Shown here: positions 17,827 to 28,463 of the stretch, piece after piece
Layout of the letters: every line of letters begins with the position of its first letter
Numbering within the stretch: the first letter of the stretch is position 1
DNA from: a virus
Taxonomy: Duplodnaviria > Caudoviricetes
Length of the DNA: 59,977 nucleotides
Reading direction: 5' to 3' (one strand)
Virus record (IMG/VR): IMGVR_UViG_3300027848_000024
Span: 1-59,977 of that record
Position numbers and translations under genes: made by a program
Notes under the pieces: generated by a model
The model's input: the letters and a program-made list of their open reading frames with translations, nothing else
Told to the model about the DNA's origin: nothing
Databases searched by the model: none

Positions 17827-18027
17827 ATGATTCTCTCCATAATCGTTATTGTCATTGGTGTTGTGCTTGGTGTAGGTATTAACGAGTACCTCGACCCCGA
17901 ATGCAACCAATACCAGAGCAATCGCACATGCGAAAGCAACTATGATATCTTCTCGGACGATAGACGTCCCAGCCTGTACTACAACAACAACTCAGACGAG
18001 AACGTAGGAGGAGTGCTCCGTGAGTAA
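17827..18027 (+). CDS. small membrane protein
   Basis: N-terminal TM segment. Confidence 0.55.
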   Translation: MILSIIVIVIGVVLGVGINEYLDPECNQYQSNRTCESNYDIFSDDRRPSLYYNNNSDENVGGVLRE

Positions 18028-18292
18028 CAAACCAAGAGTACGGTCCAAATTGGCCAAACCCGCGCAAGAAGTAGCTTTCCAGGATTTGTTGGGTTTGCTA
18101 CACAAACGCCAAGCAGATGTAACCGCAGAAGAAATGTTAGCTATAGCTTCCAACATTGTTGGTAAGCTGGTAGCTTTGCAGGACCAAAGATACATGACCC
18201 CTGCGATGGCCATGGAGATAGTAGCTTTGAACGTGGAGAACGGAAACAGTCAATATACGTCCCTACTGATGGAAACAAAAGGCACTTCTTAA
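18020..18292 (+). CDS. hypothetical protein
   Basis: AGGAGGAG RBS, GTG start. Confidence 0.7.
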   Translation: MSNKPRVRSKLAKPAQEVAFQDLLGLLHKRQADVTAEEMLAIASNIVGKLVALQDQRYMTPAMAMEIVALNVENGNSQYTSLLMETKGTS

Positions 18293-18321
18293 TTTCTTCA
18301 AACAAAGTGGAGCGCGTACAA

Positions 18322-18792
18322 ATGGTACAGGAATGTAACAAAGAATTCACCTTGCATCGCAACCGTGTTATTTGGAAGCCAATGGAAGAACTAGGCGCGC
18401 ATAACAGGGGGAACGCCAAGCTGGTTGGTACCAACGGAAAGCCGCTCGGTTTTTTCTTCTTTCCAGGGGTTACGCACCAACAAGTAGAAACAGCTTTCAC
18501 TAATGTAACCAGTGAATGCTTTCAGGGGGAGTACACATGGGACCTGCTACTTAGTAAGCAGAAAGACAAGTTTTTCTTTGTTATGTTCCACAAGTCCGAA
18601 GCGATGTTCGTTCGGAGCAACAGTGTAGTGCGGGTTGCCGTTCTGAAAGTACAGAATCCCATGCTCGTCAGCACCATGTACCGACGCAAAGATGGTGCCC
18701 GTAGTGCGGCCAACAGGATGCTTCGTTATTTTGGGGAGTACGGATTCAAGTTGGAGAGAGACGACACTACGGACTTAACGCCGTACCTTTAA
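18322..18792 (+). CDS. hypothetical protein
   Basis: GGAG RBS. Confidence 0.6.
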   Translation: MVQECNKEFTLHRNRVIWKPMEELGAHNRGNAKLVGTNGKPLGFFFFPGVTHQQVETAFTNVTSECFQGEYTWDLLLSKQKDKFFFVMFHKSEAMFVRSNSVVRVAVLKVQNPMLVSTMYRRKDGARSAANRMLRYFGEYGFKLERDDTTDLTPYL

Positions 18793-18841
18793 ACGCTGAC
18801 ATACAAGAAATGTTTTTGCGAGGGACTGCCTACCCCTTTCA

Positions 18842-19063
18842 ATGGGGTTGGGCTACAGTAGCGCTCGCATGTCTTTAACAGTTGGGGGTAAAGTGCAAAA
18901 CAACTCATCACACAAGTACTGGCTACATTGTGGCCCCTATGACCCGGCAGACCCTGTGTTTGACATACCAGACTTTCTGCTAGCTAATCCCAAAAAGAAA
19001 GACAAGAAACCAAAAGACACCAAAAAGGTGATTACCAAGAAGTCCAGGCCCCGACTTCGCTAA
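18842..19063 (+). CDS. small basic protein ending SRPRLR
   Basis: FDIPDFL followed by Lys-rich tail. Confidence 0.55.
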   Translation: MGLGYSSARMSLTVGGKVQNNSSHKYWLHCGPYDPADPVFDIPDFLLANPKKKDKKPKDTKKVITKKSRPRLR

Positions 19064-19104
19064 GGGCCTTTTCGCCTTGAAAGCCTATAACAAAGGGAGC
19101 TCTT

Positions 19105-19629
19105 ATGAATGAGGGTTTAAAGTCTTTTCTAGCTAAGGTGGAAAAGGACATACACGATAGCCCCAACAGTTGGAACATGGTGCAGTGCGAGCATGGTTTA
19201 GTTAACGAGTTGAGAAGGACGTTTCCAACGGAGCAATCCGCTCAGCTCCGGGTTCTTACCTATACGTGGAGTCCCGGGCTTACCAAGCCCTCACATACCA
19301 ACCGGAAAGATACCCCGCTGGTTCGCGTGATGGATAAGACTCCTATTGACATGGGGTGCTTTCCATCTTTCTTCGAATATATGATTGGTACGCCTGACGA
19401 CTTTGGTGCCTACGAGTACCGTGTCGTTAAGAGCATCGTGCTCAACAAACCCCAAACATTACGTGTGCTGAAGAAGGTGGCACCTTTGTTTGCCGCACTG
19501 AATGATACCGCGTGCATCACGGTTATGGAAGAGGTGTTTCCCGTCGCAGTAGCAACAAACATCGAGTCCGTTGGTAAGCGCCCCTTGCCACGCAAAAGGC
19601 TGGATGTGATTACTGGTGGAAAGAAGTAG
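19105..19629 (+). CDS. hypothetical protein
   Basis: GGGAG RBS. Confidence 0.7.
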   Translation: MNEGLKSFLAKVEKDIHDSPNSWNMVQCEHGLVNELRRTFPTEQSAQLRVLTYTWSPGLTKPSHTNRKDTPLVRVMDKTPIDMGCFPSFFEYMIGTPDDFGAYEYRVVKSIVLNKPQTLRVLKKVAPLFAALNDTACITVMEEVFPVAVATNIESVGKRPLPRKRLDVITGGKK

Positions 19630-19631
19630 CT

Positions 19632-19928
19632 ATGGCCAAGGTCCCAAAAATAGACTTTGACAAGGACTTTGCACCCAAGCGCCGGCCGCGCTTAAGCGAC
19701 CCGGCTTCACACACTAAGCAGGCCACCAAAAAGGCAAACACTGTCGACCCAGCCGTGCAACAGTGCCTTGCCCGACTTGGGCCGGTTGTGGCACACATGC
19801 GAGACACGTTGCCCGAAAATATGCGGTCAATGGCAATTTGGTCTGGCACGTCCAACCCAGCATCCAAACTGGCTGCACAAGATATTATAGACATACACGA
19901 CCAGTTGAAAGCACTAGCCAACAAGTGA
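19632..19928 (+). CDS. hypothetical protein
   Basis: 98 aa; KRRPRL near N-terminus. Confidence 0.65.
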   Translation: MAKVPKIDFDKDFAPKRRPRLSDPASHTKQATKKANTVDPAVQQCLARLGPVVAHMRDTLPENMRSMAIWSGTSNPASKLAAQDIIDIHDQLKALANK

Positions 19929-20425
19929 ACACCACCAAAGACCAGATACTAGCACTTCTACCCAAGCTAACCGCGCCAGAACTAAACGAAGTTGCCAGCA
20001 CTGCGCAAGCCTTGCTGGATCTTGCGGGTGCGCCGCCCCTTGCCCAAAAAGAAATTGCGGAAGACATAGGGATACACGAGGTTTGGGAAGGCTTCCAAAG
20101 CGCTTGTCTCAACGACCTTGGCTTAGGGCGGTGCCCTCCTATAGAGGTTATGAAGTCTCGTTGGGGCAACAAGGTATCGGATGTTTTTTCTGGTATGCGG
20201 GCGTACTTGGATTCTTATATGCCAAAGGCAACACGCAACGAACGCCGTCACATCTACAAATTGATGGTTATTTCTGCAAACGAGTACCTCCAAGTGCAGG
20301 GGCAGTTTATCTCGTACAAGACCTTGTTTGAATCATTAGAGCGGGTGGGGGTTATTATGGACCACGCCTTCCCCGGCTATGCTAAAAATGGTATGCTTAA
20401 GTTTCTCGTAAGACACAGAGGTTAA
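19925..20425 (+). CDS. hypothetical protein
   Basis: GTG start overlapping previous stop; C-term AFPGYAKNGML. Confidence 0.7.
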   Translation: MNTTKDQILALLPKLTAPELNEVASTAQALLDLAGAPPLAQKEIAEDIGIHEVWEGFQSACLNDLGLGRCPPIEVMKSRWGNKVSDVFSGMRAYLDSYMPKATRNERRHIYKLMVISANEYLQVQGQFISYKTLFESLERVGVIMDHAFPGYAKNGMLKFLVRHRG

Positions 20426-20430
20426 TTAAC

Positions 20431-21270
20431 ATGACGAAATACAATCCGGTAAACGTGGACACCAGTTATGGTAAGGGGGCTTTTCAAAAGAAGTTCTTTG
20501 AGGAAGGTAAACTTCTGGTTCGCACGCACTTTGATACCTTACAGGGAGAAGGACCTTTTGCGGGCAGGCCCGCTTTCTTCATTCGCTTTGGTGGTTGCAA
20601 CTTTGGGGGCAAGGGCACAAAGGCTGGCCCCGGCTGCACTTTTTGTGACACAGACTTCTCCATAAACAAATCGCTGTTATACGCGCCGCTTGATCTGTTA
20701 GAGATTGTGCAAAGCGGTACCAAAAGCAAGCTGGTTATCCTTACCGGAGGGGAGCCCCTCCTGCAACCCGACATTCCCATGGAAAATCTATTTAGGGCAT
20801 TGAAGGCGGAAGGGTACGAGATCCAACTGGAAACCAACGGCACCTATATGCCGGAGTGGTTGGTGCGCATGTCCGGGAGCAGAGTGACTATTGTGGTTTC
20901 GCCTAAAGCTGCTGAGAAGTTGAAGAAGTACGATTCTGCAAAGAAACCGGTTCCCAAAATTGCAGATAGGATGAAAACCTTCGGAGACGTGTTTAAGTTC
21001 CTTATTAGTGCAGACCCGGAAAGCCCGTACTACGATATCCCGGCTTGGGGGAAAGACTTGGCATACAAAATAAACCCCATGGAGCGTGTGTGGCTGTCTC
21101 CCATTGCCGTGTACCATAGCGCGCCCACTAGCGAGGTGGTTAGCGGCTGGTCGGGGGAACACATTGACCGTGAGGCCACGGCGCGCAACTACGCACGCAC
21201 CGCAGAGCTTTGTATGGAGTATGGTGCCCGACTTACCATTCAGCAGCACTTGTTCACGGCCATCCCATAA
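20431..21270 (+). CDS. queE: 7-carboxy-7-deazaguanine synthase (radical SAM)
   Basis: FDTLQGEG, FIRFGGCN...CTFCDTDF, TGGEPLLQ, ETNGT, VSPK, Q.H. Confidence 0.92.
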   Translation: MTKYNPVNVDTSYGKGAFQKKFFEEGKLLVRTHFDTLQGEGPFAGRPAFFIRFGGCNFGGKGTKAGPGCTFCDTDFSINKSLLYAPLDLLEIVQSGTKSKLVILTGGEPLLQPDIPMENLFRALKAEGYEIQLETNGTYMPEWLVRMSGSRVTIVVSPKAAEKLKKYDSAKKPVPKIADRMKTFGDVFKFLISADPESPYYDIPAWGKDLAYKINPMERVWLSPIAVYHSAPTSEVVSGWSGEHIDREATARNYARTAELCMEYGARLTIQQHLFTAIP

Positions 21271-22700
21271 TGGCAAAACGTCTTGGGAAGGCATCGCAGG
21301 AAAACCTCCTAGCGTTGCTGGCAACTAGTGAAAAGCAAGCGGGCATCATACGCAATACCATTAAGCCTGAACTTTTCATTGGGCACTACGCCGACATGAT
21401 GGAAACTCTGTGTGATTACTATGACACCTACGGGAAGCCCCCCGGCTTTGTCCATTTGGCGGACTTGTTTGAGAACGAGCTTAACCATAGCGACGAAGAC
21501 ATTGCAGAGCAGTACCGTGACACCATTCTCAATGTTGAGCAGTCCCATAAGGACATCAACGAAGAGTACGTGATGTCCAGCTTGCAGAACTTTATTAGGA
21601 CGCAAGTAACCATGCAGGCCGTGCTTGAATCCGCGGAACTGCTAGCCAGCATGGGAAGCGACGCCATTGATGACGTGGATGAGATTCTAGCCAAGGCTCA
21701 GAAAACAAAGCTGGATCTGTTTGAACCGGGTATTCGCCTTATAGATACCACACGTAGTTTGTCTTTCTTGGACAAGCTGGACGAAGAACTAGAATTCCCA
21801 ACAGGCATACCTGAATTTGACAAGTACCAAGTGTGCCCCGCTAGACAAACCCTATTCGTCTTTGTGGCTCTGCCCAAGAGGGGGAAGACACAGTTTGCGG
21901 TAAACCTTGGAAGGCAGTCTTTGCTTAATCGCAAGAAGGTCTTGCACATTAGTTTAGAAATGAGTGCGGAAGCTATTGCACAGCGTTATGTGCAGAACTT
22001 GTTTGCTGTTGCCAAGCGCAAAGAAGACATCTCCATTACGAGACTAGAAGTTAAGAAAGGCAAGCTGGTCGACATGTTGCCGGTGGACCGCACCCCGCAG
22101 CACACGTTTGAAGATGACAACATTAAGTCCAAGCTGCTTAAGAAGATAGACCAAGTTGGCTACCGCATTAAGAACATTATTGTTAAAGGCTTCCCTAGTG
22201 GCAAGTTGACCATTAAGGGGCTTAACGCTTACTTGGATAACCTGGAACAGAGGGAAGGCTTTATCCCCGACCTAATTATCCTTGACTACGCTGACATTAT
22301 GGAAGTGCCTTCCGATAACAAGCGAGACGCGCTTGGCAAGTTGTACGTCGACCTACGCGGCTTGGGGCAAGAGCGTAATGCCGCCGTGGTTACCTTTAGT
22401 CAGGGCAACCGGCAGGGCGTCGGCCGCAAGGAAATGACTGAGAGCAATATCGCGGAAGACTTTAGCAAGATGGCTACCGCGGACATTGTGGTTATTTACA
22501 ACCAGACAAAGATGGAAAAGATGCTTGGGCTTGCTAGGGTGACGGTACAGCTTGCCCGTGGGGACCAGGACTCCTTTACCGTTCTGGTTAGCCAGAACTA
22601 TACGCAAAGCCAATTTGTGGTGGATAGCGTGCGCCTTAGCAGCAATTACTTTGACATGTTGAAAGAACTATCGGATGAACCGGACGACGAGGAGGACTAA
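21270..22700 (+). CDS. dnaB: DnaB-like replicative helicase
   Basis: PTGI..FD, PKRGKT, SLEM, ILDYAD, SQGNR, IAEDFSK. Confidence 0.88.
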   Translation: MAKRLGKASQENLLALLATSEKQAGIIRNTIKPELFIGHYADMMETLCDYYDTYGKPPGFVHLADLFENELNHSDEDIAEQYRDTILNVEQSHKDINEEYVMSSLQNFIRTQVTMQAVLESAELLASMGSDAIDDVDEILAKAQKTKLDLFEPGIRLIDTTRSLSFLDKLDEELEFPTGIPEFDKYQVCPARQTLFVFVALPKRGKTQFAVNLGRQSLLNRKKVLHISLEMSAEAIAQRYVQNLFAVAKRKEDISITRLEVKKGKLVDMLPVDRTPQHTFEDDNIKSKLLKKIDQVGYRIKNIIVKGFPSGKLTIKGLNAYLDNLEQREGFIPDLIILDYADIMEVPSDNKRDALGKLYVDLRGLGQERNAAVVTFSQGNRQGVGRKEMTESNIAEDFSKMATADIVVIYNQTKMEKMLGLARVTVQLARGDQDSFTVLVSQNYTQSQFVVDSVRLSSNYFDMLKELSDEPDDEED

Positions 22701-22701
22701 C

Positions 22702-23436
22702 ATGGCCAACTACCTTACCAAGAAAGAGAAGCTGCACATTGCTTCCCTATGCGCGGATGCGCTCCTAAAGACACACAGAGACTCTCTGTATGCTTCTTCT
22801 GTACTCCTTTTTGAACAGTACATGGAGCAGCAATACCCCATGCCAAACGTGCGCAGCCCTGAGTTGAAAGAGGCATTGTACGAGACTATTAACGCACATC
22901 GTAACGCGCTCATGGTGCTTAGCGTTGCGGCAAACATACCAGCTAGCGCAGAGCTTACTCCAAGCTGGCGCATCATTACCATATTGTTTGAACACCCAAC
23001 GCTAGTGCCTGCCCCCCTTTGTTTTGGTTATGTCTCTGGTAGGAGGGAGAGTACGCATCCAGGTTTGTCATCTAAGGACAAAATTAGACTGGTAGCCCCC
23101 GTCGCACAAGAACCGTTGGCCGGTCTTCTAATACGACAGGATCAGTTACAGTACCAGTACGTGAACTTATGGACAACTAGCATCATTACTTTTACGGAAC
23201 TTTTTGAAAAAGCAACAACCGTGGAAAAGTTGCGAAAAGAATTCCCCGAAAGTTGCTTGCACTGTGAAGACTTTTTGGAACAGGTTGTTCTTAGGAACAC
23301 AACCTCCCGTGAGCAACGGCAGCCCAAGACGAAACAGAGTTCTGAAAAAAAGAGTACTGTACAAGATGTTTATAACAAGAACGTGGAAAAGCTAGAAAAG
23401 GACATTAGGGGGTTAGAGAAAAAGATATGCCCGTAA
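22702..23436 (+). CDS. hypothetical protein (weak Nmad5-like)
   Basis: TTVEKLRKEFPE resembles the Nmad5 C-terminal signature. Confidence 0.55.
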   Translation: MANYLTKKEKLHIASLCADALLKTHRDSLYASSVLLFEQYMEQQYPMPNVRSPELKEALYETINAHRNALMVLSVAANIPASAELTPSWRIITILFEHPTLVPAPLCFGYVSGRRESTHPGLSSKDKIRLVAPVAQEPLAGLLIRQDQLQYQYVNLWTTSIITFTELFEKATTVEKLRKEFPESCLHCEDFLEQVVLRNTTSREQRQPKTKQSSEKKSTVQDVYNKNVEKLEKDIRGLEKKICP

Positions 23437-25001
23437 CAAAAAGAGTAGTTAACCAGTTCTTAGAACGCAAACTGGCAAACTACGACTGGATGAAAGAGCT
23501 GCCCGCTAAGGAAGTCGTGCGCGAATACAAACTGATTAACCCGCGTTCTACCATGTGCACGACTTTGTACAGCCACCAGATGATTTGCTTGCTGCTGGGA
23601 GTAGCCCACGAGCAATTCCTCTATTTCCTTGACATGGGCACAGGCAAAAGTCTGCTAGCGTTAACCCTGTATGACTATTTCCGGCAAATGCAGGGCATTG
23701 GGAGTGGGCTGGTTCTAGTGCCAAACGTTATCAATATCGAAGGTTGGCAAGAGCAGGTGGAAGAACACTGCCCGCATTTTTCGTTTGTGCCGTTGGTTGG
23801 GACCAGTCACCAAAAAGAGATGGCGTTGCTCGACCCGGCGGACTTGTACTGTATCAACTACGCGGGGTTGAACCATTTGGTAAGCACTAAGGTTGCTAGC
23901 GGAAAGAAGGGGGGTGGTGAGAACCTTAAGCCGCAGGATGGTGTTATCAAGCGGTTAACCGACCGCATTGGGTTTGTTGCGTTCGACGAAAGCCAAGCCC
24001 TTATGAACCACGATTCTCTTACTAGTCGGGTATGCCGCAAGATTGCCAAACAAGTAGAGTTCCGGTTTGCCTTTACCGGAACCCCGGCAGGCCGAGACCC
24101 CTCTGCCTTTTGGAACCAATTTATGACTATCGACATGGGGGATACCCTTGGGGAAACTCTTGGCATGTTTCGCTCTGCTTTCTTTAAGTCAAAGAGAAAC
24201 TACTTTTCTGGTTTCCCGGAGTACATCTTCGATGATGCCAAACTAAACAAACTGCACGAAGTTATGAAGAATCGCAGTATTAGCTACGAGGCTTCTGAAT
24301 GTGTTGACATGCCCCAAGAAGTAGAAGTTAATAAAGTGGTGGCTTTGTCCCACACGGGTATTGATTACTATAAGAAGTACCAAGCCAAATTGGCCGCAGC
24401 TAAAGGCAACAAGTCTCTTATGAAGAATGAGTTTATGAAATTAAGACAGATTAGCAGTGGTTTCCTAAAGGTGAAGAATGCCAAGACAGCAAAGGTGACC
24501 GTGGTTAACCTGCCCGAGAATCCTAAGTTGGATTTGCTTTTGTCTCTTATGGGGAACGTTCCTTCTGCTCGGAAAATGGTTATCGCCTACGAGTTCATTC
24601 AAAGTGGCGTCCTTTTAAAGAAAGCGCTAACAGAACTTGGCATAAACTTTGCTTTCTTGGGGAATGGTTTAACCAAGCAGGAAAAGCGGGATGAGTTGCG
24701 CAGGTTCAAACAAGACCCAACGTGCGTTTGCTACTTGATGAGTCACAAGGCCGGTGGTAGTGGGCTAAACCTACAGGTGGCCAATTACATGTTTGTGTAT
24801 GAAACGCCTATATCCTCTATTGCTAGACAACAGTTATTGCGCCGGGTGGCCCGTGGTGGACAGAAGATGAAGAAAGTGTTTATCTTTAATTTGCTGATGA
24901 AAGGCACGGTGGACGTGCGCATATTGGAGTACTGCAAAGAGGGCAAGAACCTCTTGGAAATCCTTCTTAACGGATCGGATGAGTTGTATGAAGACAATTG
25001 A
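23427..25001 (+). CDS. SNF2-family helicase
   Basis: DMGTGKS, FDESQ, TGTP, LRQISSG, GLNLQ, R..R.GQ. Confidence 0.9.
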   Translation: MPVTKRVVNQFLERKLANYDWMKELPAKEVVREYKLINPRSTMCTTLYSHQMICLLLGVAHEQFLYFLDMGTGKSLLALTLYDYFRQMQGIGSGLVLVPNVINIEGWQEQVEEHCPHFSFVPLVGTSHQKEMALLDPADLYCINYAGLNHLVSTKVASGKKGGGENLKPQDGVIKRLTDRIGFVAFDESQALMNHDSLTSRVCRKIAKQVEFRFAFTGTPAGRDPSAFWNQFMTIDMGDTLGETLGMFRSAFFKSKRNYFSGFPEYIFDDAKLNKLHEVMKNRSISYEASECVDMPQEVEVNKVVALSHTGIDYYKKYQAKLAAAKGNKSLMKNEFMKLRQISSGFLKVKNAKTAKVTVVNLPENPKLDLLLSLMGNVPSARKMVIAYEFIQSGVLLKKALTELGINFAFLGNGLTKQEKRDELRRFKQDPTCVCYLMSHKAGGSGLNLQVANYMFVYETPISSIARQQLLRRVARGGQKMKKVFIFNLLMKGTVDVRILEYCKEGKNLLEILLNGSDELYEDN

Positions 25002-25476
25002 CATATACTGCGATGGCAGTTGTAGAAACAAGAAGACACAACGTGATGGAGGTTGGGGTGCTATTATCGTACACGGATTTTATCCGCTTAACCCTACCAT
25101 TATGTGCGGTGTTGCTGCTAATGCCACAAGCAATAATCGCATGGAGTTACTGGCGGCAATTTGCCCCTTGGAAATACTTGGTGCCCACGATGTTCCCGTG
25201 GTGGTTACCAGCGACAGTAAGTACGTCGTAGACGGCTTCCGCTTTTGGATTAAGGACTGGGAAGGAAACGACTGGAAAGTTTCCAACGGGGACGACCTAA
25301 AGAACATGGATCTTTGGAAACGGTTGCTGCTACAAAAGAGAGCGCACAGGAATTTGACCTTCAAGTGGGTCAAGGGGCACCGGGGGCACGCTTTCAACGA
25401 ACAAGCGGACTATTGGGCTGGCTTGGCAAGACGAGGCACAGTGCCGGACGAATACATTGTGAGTAGTGACAGCTAA
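24988..25476 (+). CDS. rnhA: ribonuclease HI
   Basis: IYCDGSC, GGWG, NNRMEL, SDSKYV, N.DLW, WVKGH, NE.AD. Confidence 0.95.
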   Translation: MKTIDIYCDGSCRNKKTQRDGGWGAIIVHGFYPLNPTIMCGVAANATSNNRMELLAAICPLEILGAHDVPVVVTSDSKYVVDGFRFWIKDWEGNDWKVSNGDDLKNMDLWKRLLLQKRAHRNLTFKWVKGHRGHAFNEQADYWAGLARRGTVPDEYIVSSDS

Positions 25477-26720
25477 TGGCACGCAAAACAAAAGGCACTT
25501 CTTCTTTCGACTGGCGCAAGTTCTTCGAAAGCAACAGCATTGAGTATGTAACCACGGGACCAAACGTCTCTCAAGGAAACATAAACATTAAGTGCCCGTT
25601 CTGCGGTAGCGGCGACCCTAGTCATCACATGGGCGTTAGCATACATGGTCGGGGTTGGTCTTGCTGGCGTGCCGCGGACCATCGTGGAATTGCTCCCCAG
25701 CGTCTTATAATGGCCCTGCTAGGCTGCGACAAAGCCCGCGCCGACGGCATAGCAGGCCGAAAGCCGTCACTGTCCCCTAGCGGCCCTATACAGGCGTTGC
25801 GCGAGGCCATGGAAAACACACCGACGGCATACATTGCCACTAGTGGGGGTACTGCCAAACAAAAGAAGAAAGATCCCGGGAAACTTAAAGTTTCTATGGT
25901 ATCCGCGCAGCGGCCTATTAACGTAAGCAAGGGGAGCCGCTTTTGGTCGTATATGCAGGGTCGTGGTTTCTTGTATAACGGCGAAACAATGAAGGTTCTA
26001 AACAGTAACCATGTTTTCTTCTGCAAGAAGGGTTTATTTAAGGACAGGGTTCTTTTTGCTATCCGTCACAAGGGAGAGGTTGTTACTTGGACAGCACGAG
26101 CGATTGGCCAAAGTTCGGTACGCTACAAGTCCCTTTCGGAGAAGCCGAGCAACATACAAGGTATGCCACTGGCTAAAAGGAACATTAAAGACTGCCTGTA
26201 TGGGTACGATGACCTTATTAACCTAACTGGGAGAGATTCCTTTTTTAACATTTTACTGGTGTGCGAAGGCCCCATGGACGCGCTTAAGTTAGACTATTTA
26301 AAAGGGAAGTTATCTCGGGCAGGAGAACACGCTAGGCGGCGACCGGGAACACCCCCTGTGAATTTTCAGCACACCTGCTTGTTTGGCGTTACTGTTAGTG
26401 AGAAGCAGGTTATGCTTCTCGAGAAGCTTTCTAAGGTCTTTGATAAGATAGTGTTCCTGTTGGACCCCGAAACGGTGGTTAATCAAGTGGACGCATTATC
26501 CAACTTTGCGGGCGTTGACGTATCCTTGGGAGAAATACCCGAAGGGTACGAGGACCCCGGCGCATTAGATTCGGTGGGGTACCGGGCAATGATTATAAAC
26601 ATGGAAGACAAGTTTTCCAAAGAAAAGAAGCTACATACCATTAACTTTAGTGCCAATATGCAGTGGCCCCGCCAGCCACTCCCCTCTTTTAATAAAGTGA
26701 TTACCACGGGGGTTGTTTAA
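25476..26720 (+). CDS. DNA primase (Zn finger plus TOPRIM)
   Basis: CPFC..H...CW, VCEGPMD, LD, EDPG. Confidence 0.85.
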   Translation: MARKTKGTSSFDWRKFFESNSIEYVTTGPNVSQGNINIKCPFCGSGDPSHHMGVSIHGRGWSCWRAADHRGIAPQRLIMALLGCDKARADGIAGRKPSLSPSGPIQALREAMENTPTAYIATSGGTAKQKKKDPGKLKVSMVSAQRPINVSKGSRFWSYMQGRGFLYNGETMKVLNSNHVFFCKKGLFKDRVLFAIRHKGEVVTWTARAIGQSSVRYKSLSEKPSNIQGMPLAKRNIKDCLYGYDDLINLTGRDSFFNILLVCEGPMDALKLDYLKGKLSRAGEHARRRPGTPPVNFQHTCLFGVTVSEKQVMLLEKLSKVFDKIVFLLDPETVVNQVDALSNFAGVDVSLGEIPEGYEDPGALDSVGYRAMIINMEDKFSKEKKLHTINFSANMQWPRQPLPSFNKVITTGVV

Positions 26721-27319
26721 TGAGAGCAAGACCACGCATACCGGGTTTTGTTCCCACATGGGAAGGTGCCATTGCTTGGTACGCACTTAAGTATTGTAGG
26801 AAGAACTCTTACCGTTTCCCCAGCGTAGACGTAGAAGATCTCTACGCGGAAGCCTATTTGATTTTTGAGAACATACGCTTTAAGTACGGCCCCCCTCGGG
26901 TAACCTGCGAGAAGCACTTTATGGCGTTGTACAAAACCTCACTGCACAACACGCTAATTGACTTGGGGGTAAGGTGGGCCAGCCGTTCGGCTAGAGAGAC
27001 CCCTGTCGGCTTGTTTAACCGCGCAAATGACGATGCACTGCCCACAATACTTGAGGTAGCAGACCCAGCTAGCGATTTGGGGCCTTTTCTCACCTTCCTA
27101 CGAGAATACAGCGTGGAGTGCAGGCTTTTCGTCTCCATGTTCGACGACCCTCGAAAAATGGAACAATTCAAAAAAGGATACAAGAAAGAATTAGTTGGTG
27201 ATTTAACCAAACGAGAAACTAGGAATGAATTTCTTTGTAGAATCATTGGCATTGACCCAAACAAGTATAAGGTAAGCACCGCGTTAAGAAGCGCACTAAC
27301 AGAGTGGAGACAAGCGTGA
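26720..27319 (+). CDS. sigma-70-like factor (region 2)
   Basis: DVEDLYAEAYL.F...F..LY...LHN.LID. Confidence 0.6.
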   Translation: MRARPRIPGFVPTWEGAIAWYALKYCRKNSYRFPSVDVEDLYAEAYLIFENIRFKYGPPRVTCEKHFMALYKTSLHNTLIDLGVRWASRSARETPVGLFNRANDDALPTILEVADPASDLGPFLTFLREYSVECRLFVSMFDDPRKMEQFKKGYKKELVGDLTKRETRNEFLCRIIGIDPNKYKVSTALRSALTEWRQA

Positions 27320-27789
27320 TACATCTAAGCACAAAGACATACACGGGCTTCCCTTGCTGTCACCGGCAGCACCGCCACGATGGGCACTGCTCCTACATCC
27401 ACGGGTACAGCCGAACGTACTCCTTTGTTTTTGGGGCCAAGCAACGGGACAAATGCGGTTTCGTGGTGGACTTCGGAAATCTGAAGTGGCTCAAGGAACA
27501 CCTGGACTACATGTACGACCATACTCTTTTGGTCAACTCGGACGACCCAGAACTGCCTGTTCTGCGAGAGCAGGCAGCTCGTGGCGTGTACCTTTTGCGG
27601 GAGGTCGAAAACGCCAGTATGGAGGGTACCGCGGAATACTTGTTCAACTATGCTAACGGGCATCTTTCCAAAGTAACAAATGGCCGGTGTTTCGTGGTTT
27701 CCGTGGAAGCCCGCGAAAACGAAAAGAACAGTGCCATCTTTGGTAGTTTGTACCTGCCTGAGCACCTGTCGGACCTCGGGGGGCATTAG
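27316..27789 (+). CDS. queD: 6-carboxytetrahydropterin synthase
   Basis: HRQHRHDGHCSYIHGY, VVDFG.LK, DHTLL, E.EKNSA. Confidence 0.92.
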   Translation: MIHLSTKTYTGFPCCHRQHRHDGHCSYIHGYSRTYSFVFGAKQRDKCGFVVDFGNLKWLKEHLDYMYDHTLLVNSDDPELPVLREQAARGVYLLREVENASMEGTAEYLFNYANGHLSKVTNGRCFVVSVEARENEKNSAIFGSLYLPEHLSDLGGH

Positions 27790-27791
27790 GG

Positions 27792-28388
27792 ATGGCTACC
27801 AGTGCCGGTAACCGCGTGCTCTGCTCTATCGAAGTAGAGCTTATTAACGCCACTGGTATAGCTAGGAGAGACAACGAATCCGACCAAACATGGCGCGCTC
27901 GTCTTGTGATGGCACAGGATGAAATGGCGGACAAGTTGTTCGACGGACTATCGGTGGCCACAAAGGAATGGTGCAAGGCTGCGGTGCCTATGCACAATAG
28001 GGGGTTTAAGCTCCCCGATTTTAGTCACTACTTGGAAAGCGAAGAGGAGGCTGATACACCACGACCCAAGCGGGGACCTGCCATGTCCGCCCCGCACCGA
28101 ATGAAAAACCAAACGGAAAAGGGTAAACCGGCAACAGAGCGTGCCAAAGAAATCATGTTGGATAATAGATTCGACATCCCCAACAAGATCATCCATGCAC
28201 TTCTGCTTGAAGAAGGGTACACGGTTAGTTTAGGCATGGTCGAACAATGCCGCGCCAGCATCCGGCAAACCCTTCGTATCTTAAAGGTCAAGCACCTGCT
28301 AAAGCCGGGGTATAATCCTTTTGCAAAGAAGCCGGGGAGAAAACCATCCCCAAAAAAAGAAAGCGTAAAGAAGCGAGTGCCTAAGTGA
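27792..28388 (+). CDS. hypothetical protein, paralog of 28464..29582 lacking the acidic tract
   Basis: shared E.DQ..R..A..D..D.L...W..AAV...P.F domain. Confidence 0.7.
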   Translation: MATSAGNRVLCSIEVELINATGIARRDNESDQTWRARLVMAQDEMADKLFDGLSVATKEWCKAAVPMHNRGFKLPDFSHYLESEEEADTPRPKRGPAMSAPHRMKNQTEKGKPATERAKEIMLDNRFDIPNKIIHALLLEEGYTVSLGMVEQCRASIRQTLRILKVKHLLKPGYNPFAKKPGRKPSPKKESVKKRVPK

Positions 28389-28463
28389 CCACCATGCTAC
28401 ATCGTATATGTATGCAAGGTGTCTTACACGTAAGAAACCCAAAAGAAAGCGGAGAAGAGAAAC

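Noticed and set aside
10050-19092. Shared promoter TTT(G/C)C..TATAA at about 10052, 15666 and 19070
   Set aside because: Spacing is variable and matches are too few to call by eye
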